Of a DNA stretch of 64,000 nucleotides, positions 39,714 through 48,172 are shown piece after piece. The DNA lies in the NCBI GenBank assembly GCA_028376655.1, contig JAONAZ010000001.1:40784-104783 (forward strand), written 5' to 3'. Within the stretch, counting starts at the first letter, position 1. Each line of letters begins with the position of its first letter. The stretch comes from Acidimicrobiia bacterium (GTDB lineage Bacteria; Actinomycetota; Acidimicrobiia; Actinomarinales; Actinomarinaceae). The translations under genes and the position numbers were made by a program. The notes below the pieces were generated by a model that was not told the DNA's origin, searched no databases, and saw nothing but the letters and a program-made list of their open reading frames with translations.

Positions 39714-42206
39714 TTATTTATTTGCAGTAAACGTGCTAAAAATTATTTCTTCCCAAAATTTGTTTAAATATTGTGTAGCAAATTTAGACAAATGACCTAT
39801 ATTGTCAACATACAGTAGGTTATCTTCTATGTTTACTTTACAAATATTATCATTACATAAAAGGGGTAATGGGTCATAATACAAAATATTTTCATTAACT
39901 AAACTTTTAAGTAACGACGTAAGAAGCAATCTACTTTTTAACACTAATTCATAATCTTGATCGCACAGTTGATAATTTCGCATTGTAATAATTTCAAATT
40001 CGTAGTTTATATCACTACTATTACATAGTTCGGGTGTGTCATCTATGAGAATTAAGGTTGATTCATTATTTTTAACTATATCAATTATTTCAGAAAGTCT
40101 TTTGTAGATATTGGGATAAGTTTCTGTGGTAACTCTAAAACTAGAGATGGAAAATACAATTACATCGTTATAATTTAAATTCTCAGAAAAATATTGAAGA
40201 TATTTTTCATCACTATTTTTAATACAACTCCTAGACCCAACACAGTAGTCAACTCCTGTAAGATCAGAAAGATGTCCCCATTCAACCAATACATGATTCT
40301 TGAAATTCTGTACTTCTTTTAATTGATTTATTGAAGGGTAATGATTAGTTACATGACTGTCTCCTATTAGAAAAATATCACTCTCTATATCACTACTTTG
40401 GAAACAGATTTCTAAATCATTAATTTCCTGGTCTGGAAAACTACAGTAAATATTTTCGTATATAGAAGATAAGTCTTGTGAATTTAGATTATTATTTGAA
40501 TCTTCTTGCCTAAAGGGTGATGTAAGTAAGACAATCAATAATGTTACAAAAAGTATGAATAGTGAACTCTTTTTCCATGAGAAATGATTAAATTTATTTC
40601 CATACCTTATAGGTGATTCAATAAATTTATAGGAAAAAAGAGAAATTACAATAATTATTACAAATAAAGTTTCATCTGTTAAGACTTTAAAATTTATCCA
40701 TTTGCTGAATGTCAAAACTGGAATATGCCACAAATATAGGGAATAGGATAGTAATCCAATATTTGTGATGAGTCGATTTTTTAAAAATGCTCTTGTAAAT
40801 ACGCCCTCTTTATTTTCGACAAGCAATAATAATGTCAGAATCACAACTAATATATGTAAATACTGCGGCAAATTTACTGTAGTAAATACCGTTAAAAAAA
40901 GTAAGCTCAATAAAAAACCATTTTTTTCATAATCTAACTTAACTTTATATTGATTTAGTAGAAGTGAAAGTAAGCAGCCAGCACCAACTTGCCAAAATCT
41001 AGAAAGTACTAAATAATATGAAAAGAGAAAATTTGTTTCAAAATTATTCAAGAACAATATTAGAGAAATAGCTGAAAGAAGAATTAATATATATGTAAAC
41101 ATTTTTCTTTTTTTTGAATTTGAATAAAAAGTAAGAAAAAGTAGTGGGTAAAAAAAATAAAATTGTTCTTCAACGCCTAGTGACCATGTATGTAAAAAAG
41201 AATTGTATTTTGATACATCTGAAAAATATTCAAATGATTGAATATATAAATAAATATTAGATGCTCCGACTAGAGAAAATAATCCTGTTAAAAAAGTACT
41301 TTTAAAGTAATAGTCCACTTTGAATAGTGCCAATGACGAAATTACAAACATAAAGAAAACAGCTGGGAAGATTCTCTTAAATCTCTTTATGTAAAAGTTG
41401 CTCAAGAGATTATTTGTTCCTTTTTTAGTAGACGCCATTAATGAATTTGTAACAACAAATCCAGATATTGTAAAAAATATATCTACACCTAAATAACCAT
41501 TTGGAATAAAGTCTGTGTTGTAATGGTTAAATATTACAAAAATAACTGCTAAAGCTCTGAGTCCATCAATTTCTTTTCTATACTCACTTTTTATTGATCT
41601 ATTTAATTTCACCCTGGATAAATAAATTAGAATAAAAAGAAGTGCAGTTAATATAAAACCATCATAAATATTTTCAAAAAATAATTTATTTTCAACCAAT
41701 AAATTTCTTTGGAAAGTATTAAAAATTAAAATCAGTAGAAAAAATTTAACTTTATATATATATTTCCTAATCCACAATGATATTAAAAAGAAGATTACCG
41801 AAATAAGATTATATAATTTAGGACTAGTTCCGTAATAGATATCTATCTGACCATTAATTGCACTAAATTTAGTAATTTTTGAAATACATTTTATCGATCC
41901 TAAATTTTCAGAAAGATCTAAAGCATAGGGTGTGGCTCTGTAATCTGACTTGTCCTCAGCTTCGTCCAATAAATTAATAGCTAAATTCTGAACTGTACAG
42001 GGATTTTTTTGTATTTCGTTCATAATGTAATTTTCATATGTTTCATCAGAAGAAATAACCAGCTTTGACTGAGCATACGCATCGAATGCATTTAAGGAAT
42101 ACATTATTATTGGAAGAAGTGTCAATAATATATAAATTTTTATATATTTTTTATTAAAGTTTTTATTAAAGTTTTTATTAAAGTTTTTATTAAAGTTTTT
42201 ATACAT
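39714..42206 (-). CDS. large acyltransferase family 3 protein with an N-terminal ~200-aa extension and a C-terminal SGNH domain (830 aa)
   Basis: EIDGLRALAVIFVIFNHYNTDFIPNGYLGVDIFFTISGFVV and WSLGVEEQFY are acyltransferase-3 motifs, and LIGDSHVTNH is an SGNH block. The N-terminus begins MYKNFNKNFNKNFNKNFNKKY, encoded by the 12-bp tandem repeat, followed by a signal-peptide-like segment. Confidence 0.75.
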   Translation of the reverse strand: MYKNFNKNFNKNFNKNFNKKYIKIYILLTLLPIIMYSLNAFDAYAQSKLVISSDETYENYIMNEIQKNPCTVQNLAINLLDEAEDKSDYRATPYALDLSENLGSIKCISKITKFSAINGQIDIYYGTSPKLYNLISVIFFLISLWIRKYIYKVKFFLLILIFNTFQRNLLVENKLFFENIYDGFILTALLFILIYLSRVKLNRSIKSEYRKEIDGLRALAVIFVIFNHYNTDFIPNGYLGVDIFFTISGFVVTNSLMASTKKGTNNLLSNFYIKRFKRIFPAVFFMFVISSLALFKVDYYFKSTFLTGLFSLVGASNIYLYIQSFEYFSDVSKYNSFLHTWSLGVEEQFYFFYPLLFLTFYSNSKKRKMFTYILILLSAISLILFLNNFETNFLFSYYLVLSRFWQVGAGCLLSLLLNQYKVKLDYEKNGFLLSLLFLTVFTTVNLPQYLHILVVILTLLLLVENKEGVFTRAFLKNRLITNIGLLSYSLYLWHIPVLTFSKWINFKVLTDETLFVIIIVISLFSYKFIESPIRYGNKFNHFSWKKSSLFILFVTLLIVLLTSPFRQEDSNNNLNSQDLSSIYENIYCSFPDQEINDLEICFQSSDIESDIFLIGDSHVTNHYPSINQLKEVQNFKNHVLVEWGHLSDLTGVDYCVGSRSCIKNSDEKYLQYFSENLNYNDVIVFSISSFRVTTETYPNIYKRLSEIIDIVKNNESTLILIDDTPELCNSSDINYEFEIITMRNYQLCDQDYELVLKSRLLLTSLLKSLVNENILYYDPLPLLCNDNICKVNIEDNLLYVDNIGHLSKFATQYLNKFWEEIIFSTFTANK
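42151..42198. repeat. 12-bp tandem repeat (ttattaaagttt) x4 plus a partial copy, at the start codon/N-terminus of the 830-aa acyltransferase gene
   Basis: ttattaaagtttttattaaagtttttattaaagtttttattaaagttttt seen directly. The unit length is a multiple of 3 and encodes (NFNK)n on the minus strand. Confidence 0.85.
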
Positions 42207-42304
42207 TGAAAATTAAAATTTCATGTCAATTCTACAACCTCTTCTTCATATATATATTTTTTTTAACTTATAAATTTTTTTTTATATCTAATTAGTATAT
42301 TTTA

Positions 42305-42649
42305 GTGAGGAAAACATACTGTTTTGATTTAGATGATACTATCTGTTATCCAAATCATGAATATAATGATACCCAGAGAAGATATCTCGAAGCTAAGCCT
42401 AATAATATTGTAATTGATAAAATTAACATACTTCATGATCTAGGAAATGAAATAATAATTTTTACTGCAAGAAGAATGATTACTCATAATGGAGATATTA
42501 AAAAAATAAAAGCTGATGTTGAGTTAATCACAATTAATTGGTTAAAAAAATATAAAGTAAATTACGACAGGCTATTATTTGGCAAGCCATATGCTGACTT
42601 CTATATAGATGATAAAGCAATAGAGCTACAAAGTTTTATTGATGAATAA
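42305..42649 (+). CDS. HAD-superfamily phosphatase (small, GmhB/KdsC-like)
   Basis: CFDLDDTICYP is HAD motif I (DxDxT); FTARR and GKPYADFYIDDK fit motifs II and III. Confidence 0.55.
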   Translation: MRKTYCFDLDDTICYPNHEYNDTQRRYLEAKPNNIVIDKINILHDLGNEIIIFTARRMITHNGDIKKIKADVELITINWLKKYKVNYDRLLFGKPYADFYIDDKAIELQSFIDE

Positions 42650-44138
42650 ACTTATTATTCCATCTGCTGGAGCTGCAACAAGATTTTTTGAGCTTGGTAA
42701 ACATTTTCCTAAATCACTTTTACCATTTAAAAATAAACCTTTACTACTTTATTCATTGGAAAAATATCATAAACTTTATGATGAAATTGTTATCGTTGTG
42801 AGTGAAAACCAACAACTTTACGAAGAGATTCTAAATTATTATGAATACAAAAATGTAAAAGTACAAAGTGTATCTAAGGATTTAAAGCAGGGTCCCGCAA
42901 CTTCTGTATATTGCGGATTAGACGGAACTGAAAATAGTATAACTATTCTTCTTAGTGATGCTCTTTATAATGTTGATATATCTGAAATTCCTGAAGATTC
43001 TATAAGTGCCATGGAGGTTACAGATTTTTCTAGATGGTGCATGGTAGATAAAGACATGAAATTTTACGATAAGCCGATTACTAAACCACCAACAAAACTT
43101 GCAGTATCAGGAATTTATAAATTTTCAGATCCAAAACTTTATTATAAAATATCAGAAGAATATATCTCCAGGTCAGATGAAAGTGAGACACAGTTTTCTA
43201 ATATTTTAGAAATTTATAATGATGAAAAAAAGTTGCATATTTATGAGCATCCCACAAAAGCATTCTTAGATTTTGGGACAATCGAACAATATATTCAGAA
43301 TAAAAATCTACCTTTTGGTAGAAGTTTTAATAATATTCGTTTTGAAAGTAACAGTGTTTTTAAAAGTTCTAAATTAAATCCACTGAAAATAATCAATGAA
43401 GGAATGTGGTTAAAACATTTTCCTGTAAATCAAAATTTAATACCAAAATTGATTGATATCAATATTAAAGATGCAGAAATTGAAATAGATCTTGTCTCAG
43501 GCTTTACACTCAGAGAGTTGTTGCTTTATTATGATAACTCAAATAATCTTTGGGAAAAATTATTTAAGAAATTGAAAATGTTTATGAATGATTGTTCCGA
43601 ATATCAATTTAATACTGATGAATTCTGGAGAAAAATATTTGATAAAACAGTTTTAAGAAGTGGTGAAGGAGAGAATGAATTTTTAGACTATTTCAAGAAA
43701 TTAATTTTAGAATCAGAATTTTCACAACAAACAACAGTATTCCATGGAGATCTCGTTCTAAGTAATATCATCTATGAACCAAATAGAGAAAATATAAAAA
43801 TATTTGATCCTATGGGTGATATTTATGGTCACTGGGTTTACGACCTTGCAAAATTAGGACAGTGTGTGTTGGGTAACTATGACTTAATAGATTCAGAGAT
43901 GTATATCTCAGAAAAAAATTTTTATAGATTATTTTCTACAGATAGAAATGAAATACAACGACTATTTTTTGAGATATTTAATAAAGAAATAGAACTAATT
44001 ACTCCTAAGTTCTTATATGCTCTCATTGCCAGTTTGTACCTTTCGCTAATACCCCTACACTCCCATAATTCGCAAAATCAAAAACTCTACTATCAGGAAT
44101 ACAATTATTTCTTCAATTTATCAAAGAAAGAAAGATAA
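42639..44138 (+). CDS. bifunctional sugar/alcohol-phosphate nucleotidyltransferase (N-terminal, LicC/NTP-transferase fold) and kinase (C-terminal, choline/aminoglycoside kinase fold)
   Basis: N-terminal IIPSAGAATRFFELGKHFPKSLLPF is the G-x-G-T-R nucleotidyltransferase motif. C-terminal VFHGDLVLSNIIYEP...IFDPMGDIYGHWVYDLAKL is the APH/ChoK catalytic loop (HGDLxxxN) plus a DxxxxD motif. Confidence 0.6.
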   Translation: MMNKLIIPSAGAATRFFELGKHFPKSLLPFKNKPLLLYSLEKYHKLYDEIVIVVSENQQLYEEILNYYEYKNVKVQSVSKDLKQGPATSVYCGLDGTENSITILLSDALYNVDISEIPEDSISAMEVTDFSRWCMVDKDMKFYDKPITKPPTKLAVSGIYKFSDPKLYYKISEEYISRSDESETQFSNILEIYNDEKKLHIYEHPTKAFLDFGTIEQYIQNKNLPFGRSFNNIRFESNSVFKSSKLNPLKIINEGMWLKHFPVNQNLIPKLIDINIKDAEIEIDLVSGFTLRELLLYYDNSNNLWEKLFKKLKMFMNDCSEYQFNTDEFWRKIFDKTVLRSGEGENEFLDYFKKLILESEFSQQTTVFHGDLVLSNIIYEPNRENIKIFDPMGDIYGHWVYDLAKLGQCVLGNYDLIDSEMYISEKNFYRLFSTDRNEIQRLFFEIFNKEIELITPKFLYALIASLYLSLIPLHSHNSQNQKLYYQEYNYFFNLSKKER

Positions 44139-45097
44139 TGAAGAATAAGAAAATATTGGTGACTGGGGCAACGGGACTTTTAGGCAGCTGGCTATCAGAG
44201 AGCCTTGTGCAAAATAATTGTACCGTAACAGGACTAGCTTTGAACACTGAGCTTGATTTTTTAATTAATTCAAAAAAAATTAATAAAGATATAGATTTAC
44301 ATTATTTTGATATTTCTAATGAAGAAAAATTAAAAACAATTTTTAATCAAGACTATGATCTCGTATTCCACCTTGCGGCACAAACTCAAGTTGGAGATGC
44401 TCTAGTAAATCCTGTTAATACTTTTAAATCAAATATTCAAGGAACTTGGAATATTTTAGAGCTATGCAGATTAAAAGGTTTTCCTATTGTTGTCGCTTCT
44501 TCCGATAAAGCTTATGGCAATTCTGTAATACTGCCATACGAAGAATCCTTCCCCTTAAATGGTATATATCCGTACGAGGTATCTAAATCAGCAACAGATA
44601 TGCTATGTAAGACTTATAAAAATACTTATAATTTAAAAGTTTCGACTCTTAGATGTGGAAATATTTATGGTGGTGGTGACTTAAACTGGGAAAGATTAGT
44701 GCCAGGAGTAATAAAATACCTCTTAAATAATGAAACTCCAATATTAAGAAGTAACGGTACATATAAAAGAGACTGGGTTTATGTTGAAGACGTTGTTCAT
44801 GCATATACAGGAGTGGGTTCAGCCCTTTTAGATTCAGGAATTAATGTTGCTGATTCCTATAATTTTTCAAGCATTGATTATTTAAGTGTTATTGAATTAT
44901 ACAAAAAAATTGTATCTAAATTTTCAGAAAATTATATCGAACCGATAATACAGGTAAGTTCTGAATTTGAGATCAAAGATCAATATCTTAGCTCAATAAA
45001 AATAGAGAAAGAATTAGGAATTAGCTCTAATTTTGATATTGACCTAGGACTAGAAAATACAATAAATTGGTACAGAAAGTTTTTTGCAGATATATAG
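44138..45097 (+). CDS. NAD-dependent epimerase/dehydratase (CDP-glucose 4,6-dehydratase RfbG-like)
   Basis: ILVTGATGLLGSWLSESL resembles the RfbG VTGHTGFKGSWL motif, and YEVSKSATD supplies the YxxxK catalytic pair. The start overlaps the upstream stop (ATGA). Confidence 0.6.
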   Translation: MKNKKILVTGATGLLGSWLSESLVQNNCTVTGLALNTELDFLINSKKINKDIDLHYFDISNEEKLKTIFNQDYDLVFHLAAQTQVGDALVNPVNTFKSNIQGTWNILELCRLKGFPIVVASSDKAYGNSVILPYEESFPLNGIYPYEVSKSATDMLCKTYKNTYNLKVSTLRCGNIYGGGDLNWERLVPGVIKYLLNNETPILRSNGTYKRDWVYVEDVVHAYTGVGSALLDSGINVADSYNFSSIDYLSVIELYKKIVSKFSENYIEPIIQVSSEFEIKDQYLSSIKIEKELGISSNFDIDLGLENTINWYRKFFADI

Positions 45098-45189
45098 ATA
45101 AATAGAAGTTACTTTATATATATAGACATCTCTTAGTTAACATCGGTAGGGAGAAAATCATGTCAAATCAAGAAGTTTATTGGTTTTTT

Positions 45190-45227
45190 CTTGTTTAGGT
45201 AAAGACTTGTGAACAAGCTTTGTTTTT
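45190..45227 (+). terminator. possible bidirectional rho-independent terminator between convergent genes
   Basis: cttgtt-(16 nt)-aacaag stem followed by ctttgttttt. The loop is large, so the hairpin is weak. Confidence 0.25.
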
Positions 45228-45239
45228 GCAGGATTCTTT

Positions 45240-46001
45240 TTAATTATACCTTCCGACTACTGCTGATCTGTAAATGTTGTTATCAGTAAATTCTAAATAC
45301 TCCAATGCTGAAACAAATCCATTTTCTAAAAACTCTTTCCAGGCTTTAGTGGGACCGCTATTGGAGTGATCTAGGTGTTGCATATTTCTTTCAACAACAT
45401 CATCCACTACAAGTATTGATTTATCATGGGCTAATTCTTTAGATTTAAGAATGTCATCTCTTGCATCTTTATATTCGTGACCACCATCTATATATATTAA
45501 ATCAAATTTTTTATTTGTGTTTTCACTAAGCTTAGGTACTAATGTTTTAGAGTCCTCAATGATCATTTGGAATCTATTCCCAAATTTTTTTTTGAGGTAA
45601 AACTCACCAAATTTTGAATAATAATGCCAACCGATATCACACGAAAGAACTTTTGTTGATATGTTATTTTTTAAAAAAGTTTCTGCAGAATGTCCTCCAT
45701 TGAAACCAATTTCAAATATATTCTCTTTTTTTTGTGAAATTTTAGATAAAAAATATGTTTGTTCAATGCTTTGTTGTGTGTGGCCTTCGTTCCCTCTGTA
45801 CCAAAAAATATGGATTTCTGAATAAAATTCTGAAATAGAGTCAACTTTACCTACGATTCGATACGCAACTATCCACCTAATTATGTTCAAACTTCGCAGA
45901 ATAATTTTTAACAAAAGTTTGAATGGATATTTAGCGTTGTAGATTTTAGGGTCATCTATCCTTATTAAATAACTATATAATCTACTAAAAAATTTCTTCA
46001 T
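45240..46001 (-). CDS. class I SAM-dependent methyltransferase (O-methyltransferase family 3/TylF-like)
   Basis: EIGFNGGHSAETFL (motif I), LIYIDGGHEYKDARDD and ILVVDDV resemble macrocin-O-MTase-type sugar O-methyltransferases. Confidence 0.5.
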   Translation of the reverse strand: MKKFFSRLYSYLIRIDDPKIYNAKYPFKLLLKIILRSLNIIRWIVAYRIVGKVDSISEFYSEIHIFWYRGNEGHTQQSIEQTYFLSKISQKKENIFEIGFNGGHSAETFLKNNISTKVLSCDIGWHYYSKFGEFYLKKKFGNRFQMIIEDSKTLVPKLSENTNKKFDLIYIDGGHEYKDARDDILKSKELAHDKSILVVDDVVERNMQHLDHSNSGPTKAWKEFLENGFVSALEYLEFTDNNIYRSAVVGRYN

Positions 46002-46183
46002 GCAATATCTAATATAATCACTTAAATTAAGTCTGTTAATTTTATAAATAGCTTTACATCAAAATTTATAATTATCAATGTGAAGAAAATAAATTTGAAA
46101 AAATAAAATTTAGTGTAGTGATTTATGTGCTCTCATTATGGTTATACTATGAAAATTCAAACTCTTGCTATTAAAATCTAGTT

Positions 46184-47362
46184 ATGAGAGTAGGTTACAA
46201 AACAATTGCTTATATTATTTGTAGTCTGATATTAAGCTTTTATTCTTTTGCAATTGGTCAATGGAAGATTTTTCCACATGGAGTCATAAAAGAAGTCGCA
46301 AATTCTATACAAAATCAAAGTACAAACATTAAAGGTGAAAAAACTAGATTTGGTGAAATAGTTAACCTTAATGATTTAGAAATAAATCAGGTTAACAGAC
46401 TTAATAATTTTAATTTCGAATGGGGTCAGTTAAGTGTCGAAGGAGTTGGAAAGGTTGGTGCTGTAGAACTCAGAGGAGAAAGGGTGTGGTACGTTAATCA
46501 GAATTCTCCTTCATTAATTGAGTATTTGTCACTAGAAAATACAGATTACGTTGAAGTAAAGGCTATTTTTTCTCTTAAAAAAAATCTATATGCTTATGCA
46601 GCGTACATAGATGGAGAGTGTGCTTCAGCTCGTATAGTTTCATTAACAGATAAACATATAGCATTACAGTTGTCATGTTTACCAAGCAATGAAGCAGATA
46701 TGAATGGTGCTGGAGGGGGATGGCTACAGTTATCAGATAGTGAAATACTGTTAGCTACTGGTACCCCTACAAGCTCCAGTGTTGAAAATAAAATTAATAA
46801 AACTGCACAATTAGATGAAAGTTTATGGGGTAAAATTTTAAAAATAAAAATTGATAAAAATAAATTTTCCACTGAAGTTTTTTCAAAGGGTCATAGAAAT
46901 CCTCAAGGTATCGTGAAAATAAAAAATAATATTCTTGCAGCAGAACATGGACCAATGGGTGGTGATGAAATTAATCTAATTTCCAGAGGCGGTAATTATG
47001 GTTGGCCGCTTCAGTCTCTTGGATCTGAATATGATCTAGGAGTCATAAATAAATCTTATGAAAAACCTATACTTACAAAACGTCCTCTTTTTTCTTTTGT
47101 GCCATCAATAGGAATTAGCGATGCAAGTATATGTCCAACTATATATGAGACATATTATGCTCCAAATGATTGTTTGATTGTTGCCTCTATGAGAGCCGGT
47201 TCGATATATTTTATAGTTTATGATAAAGATGGCATTCTTTTTACAGAAAAAATAGAATTTGGATCTCGTATTAGAAAATTAATCATAAAAGAAAATTTAG
47301 TTATTGGTATAACTGATTATGAAGGATTAATAATTGGAGAGCTAATAAACCTTGAAAATTGA
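46184..47362 (+). CDS. PQQ-dependent soluble sugar dehydrogenase (glucose/sorbosone dehydrogenase, YliI-like), N-terminal signal/anchor
   Basis: GHRNPQGI..., AAEHGPMGGDEINLI and GGNYGWP match conserved beta-propeller aldose dehydrogenase motifs. Confidence 0.65.
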   Translation: MRVGYKTIAYIICSLILSFYSFAIGQWKIFPHGVIKEVANSIQNQSTNIKGEKTRFGEIVNLNDLEINQVNRLNNFNFEWGQLSVEGVGKVGAVELRGERVWYVNQNSPSLIEYLSLENTDYVEVKAIFSLKKNLYAYAAYIDGECASARIVSLTDKHIALQLSCLPSNEADMNGAGGGWLQLSDSEILLATGTPTSSSVENKINKTAQLDESLWGKILKIKIDKNKFSTEVFSKGHRNPQGIVKIKNNILAAEHGPMGGDEINLISRGGNYGWPLQSLGSEYDLGVINKSYEKPILTKRPLFSFVPSIGISDASICPTIYETYYAPNDCLIVASMRAGSIYFIVYDKDGILFTEKIEFGSRIRKLIIKENLVIGITDYEGLIIGELINLEN

Positions 47363-47423
47363 AATTATTTAGTCATCGTTTTGAATAGTTTGTTTGTGAA
47401 GGGCCATCGAGTTTATATTTATT

Positions 47424-47467
47424 GTGGCCAGAGGCAGAATCGAACTGCCGACCCCTTGTTTTTCAGA
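47424..47467. repeat. attachment-site repeat: 44-bp perfect copy of the 3' half of tRNA-Phe (distal att)
   Basis: gtggccagaggcagaatcgaactgccgaccccttgtttttcaga is identical to 52351..52394 inside the intact tRNA-Phe gene. Confidence 0.85.
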
Positions 47468-47637
47468 TAAGGGCAGACCTTGTGATTTTATGTTACTTTA
47501 ATCTATTTATCGCTCAATATAGCTCATTGCATACAAGCCCTATGAGTGTGTTGGGTGGTAATGAATGGTAAGTGAAGATATGAGCGAGGGTTGGTTTGTG
47601 GTTGGTTTTGGTAGAACTTCCTAAGTTCCTAAAGTTC

Positions 47638-48075
47638 CTAGACGACTTCTTGTTGTAGTTTCTCTAAACCTAGTACTAACTCTAAATCTGTTTCTTCAAA
47701 CAATGCAGAATAGGTATCGGCAGTAATAGATATGCTTGCGTGTCCTAACCTCTTAGAAATAGAGAGTACATCGGCTCCCGATTGTCTTGCTAGGAATACA
47801 CTTGTATGTCTAAAGGTATGTAGATTAATATCCATATCCATTTCAAGTTCTTCTAATGCAGGTTTAAGAACTCTATGTTTAAAGTTCCTGCCGGTAATTG
47901 GTTGGTTGCAACCTCTGTTAGGAAACACATAAGGGCATATGCCTTGATAAAACTTCTCTTTATGTTCTCTTAGTTTGTTTAAGGTAATGTTATCTATTTG
48001 AATTGTTCTATTAGAACTATCGGTCTTTCTACTCCCTAAATGTTTTAAAAGGCAATACCCACCTATTGATTTCAT
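47638..48075 (-). pseudogene. tyrosine recombinase/phage integrase, C-terminal catalytic fragment only (145 aa)
   Basis: HTFRHTSVFLARQSGADVLSISKRLGHASISITADTYSAL contains the box II HxxR, a second His and the catalytic Tyr. The N-terminal core-binding and arm-binding domains (~200 aa) are missing. Confidence 0.7.
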
Positions 48076-48172
48076 ATGTTAAGTAGTGGGTAGAACTTTC
48101 CGAGAGATGTGAGCCATATGTAGTGGTTCTGTTCGGTCTTACTATTGCTAAATAATCACCATTAATCATATG

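Noticed and set aside
42146-42206. The 12-bp tandem repeat considered as a possible CRISPR array
   Set aside because: The units are directly adjacent with no spacers, the unit is only 12 bp, and no cas genes are present. It is a simple tandem repeat.
45190-45227. Strong intrinsic terminator between convergent genes 44138..45097 and 45240..46001
   Set aside because: Only a short 6-bp stem with a 16-nt loop precedes the T-run. Kept as a low-confidence feature, not as a finding.
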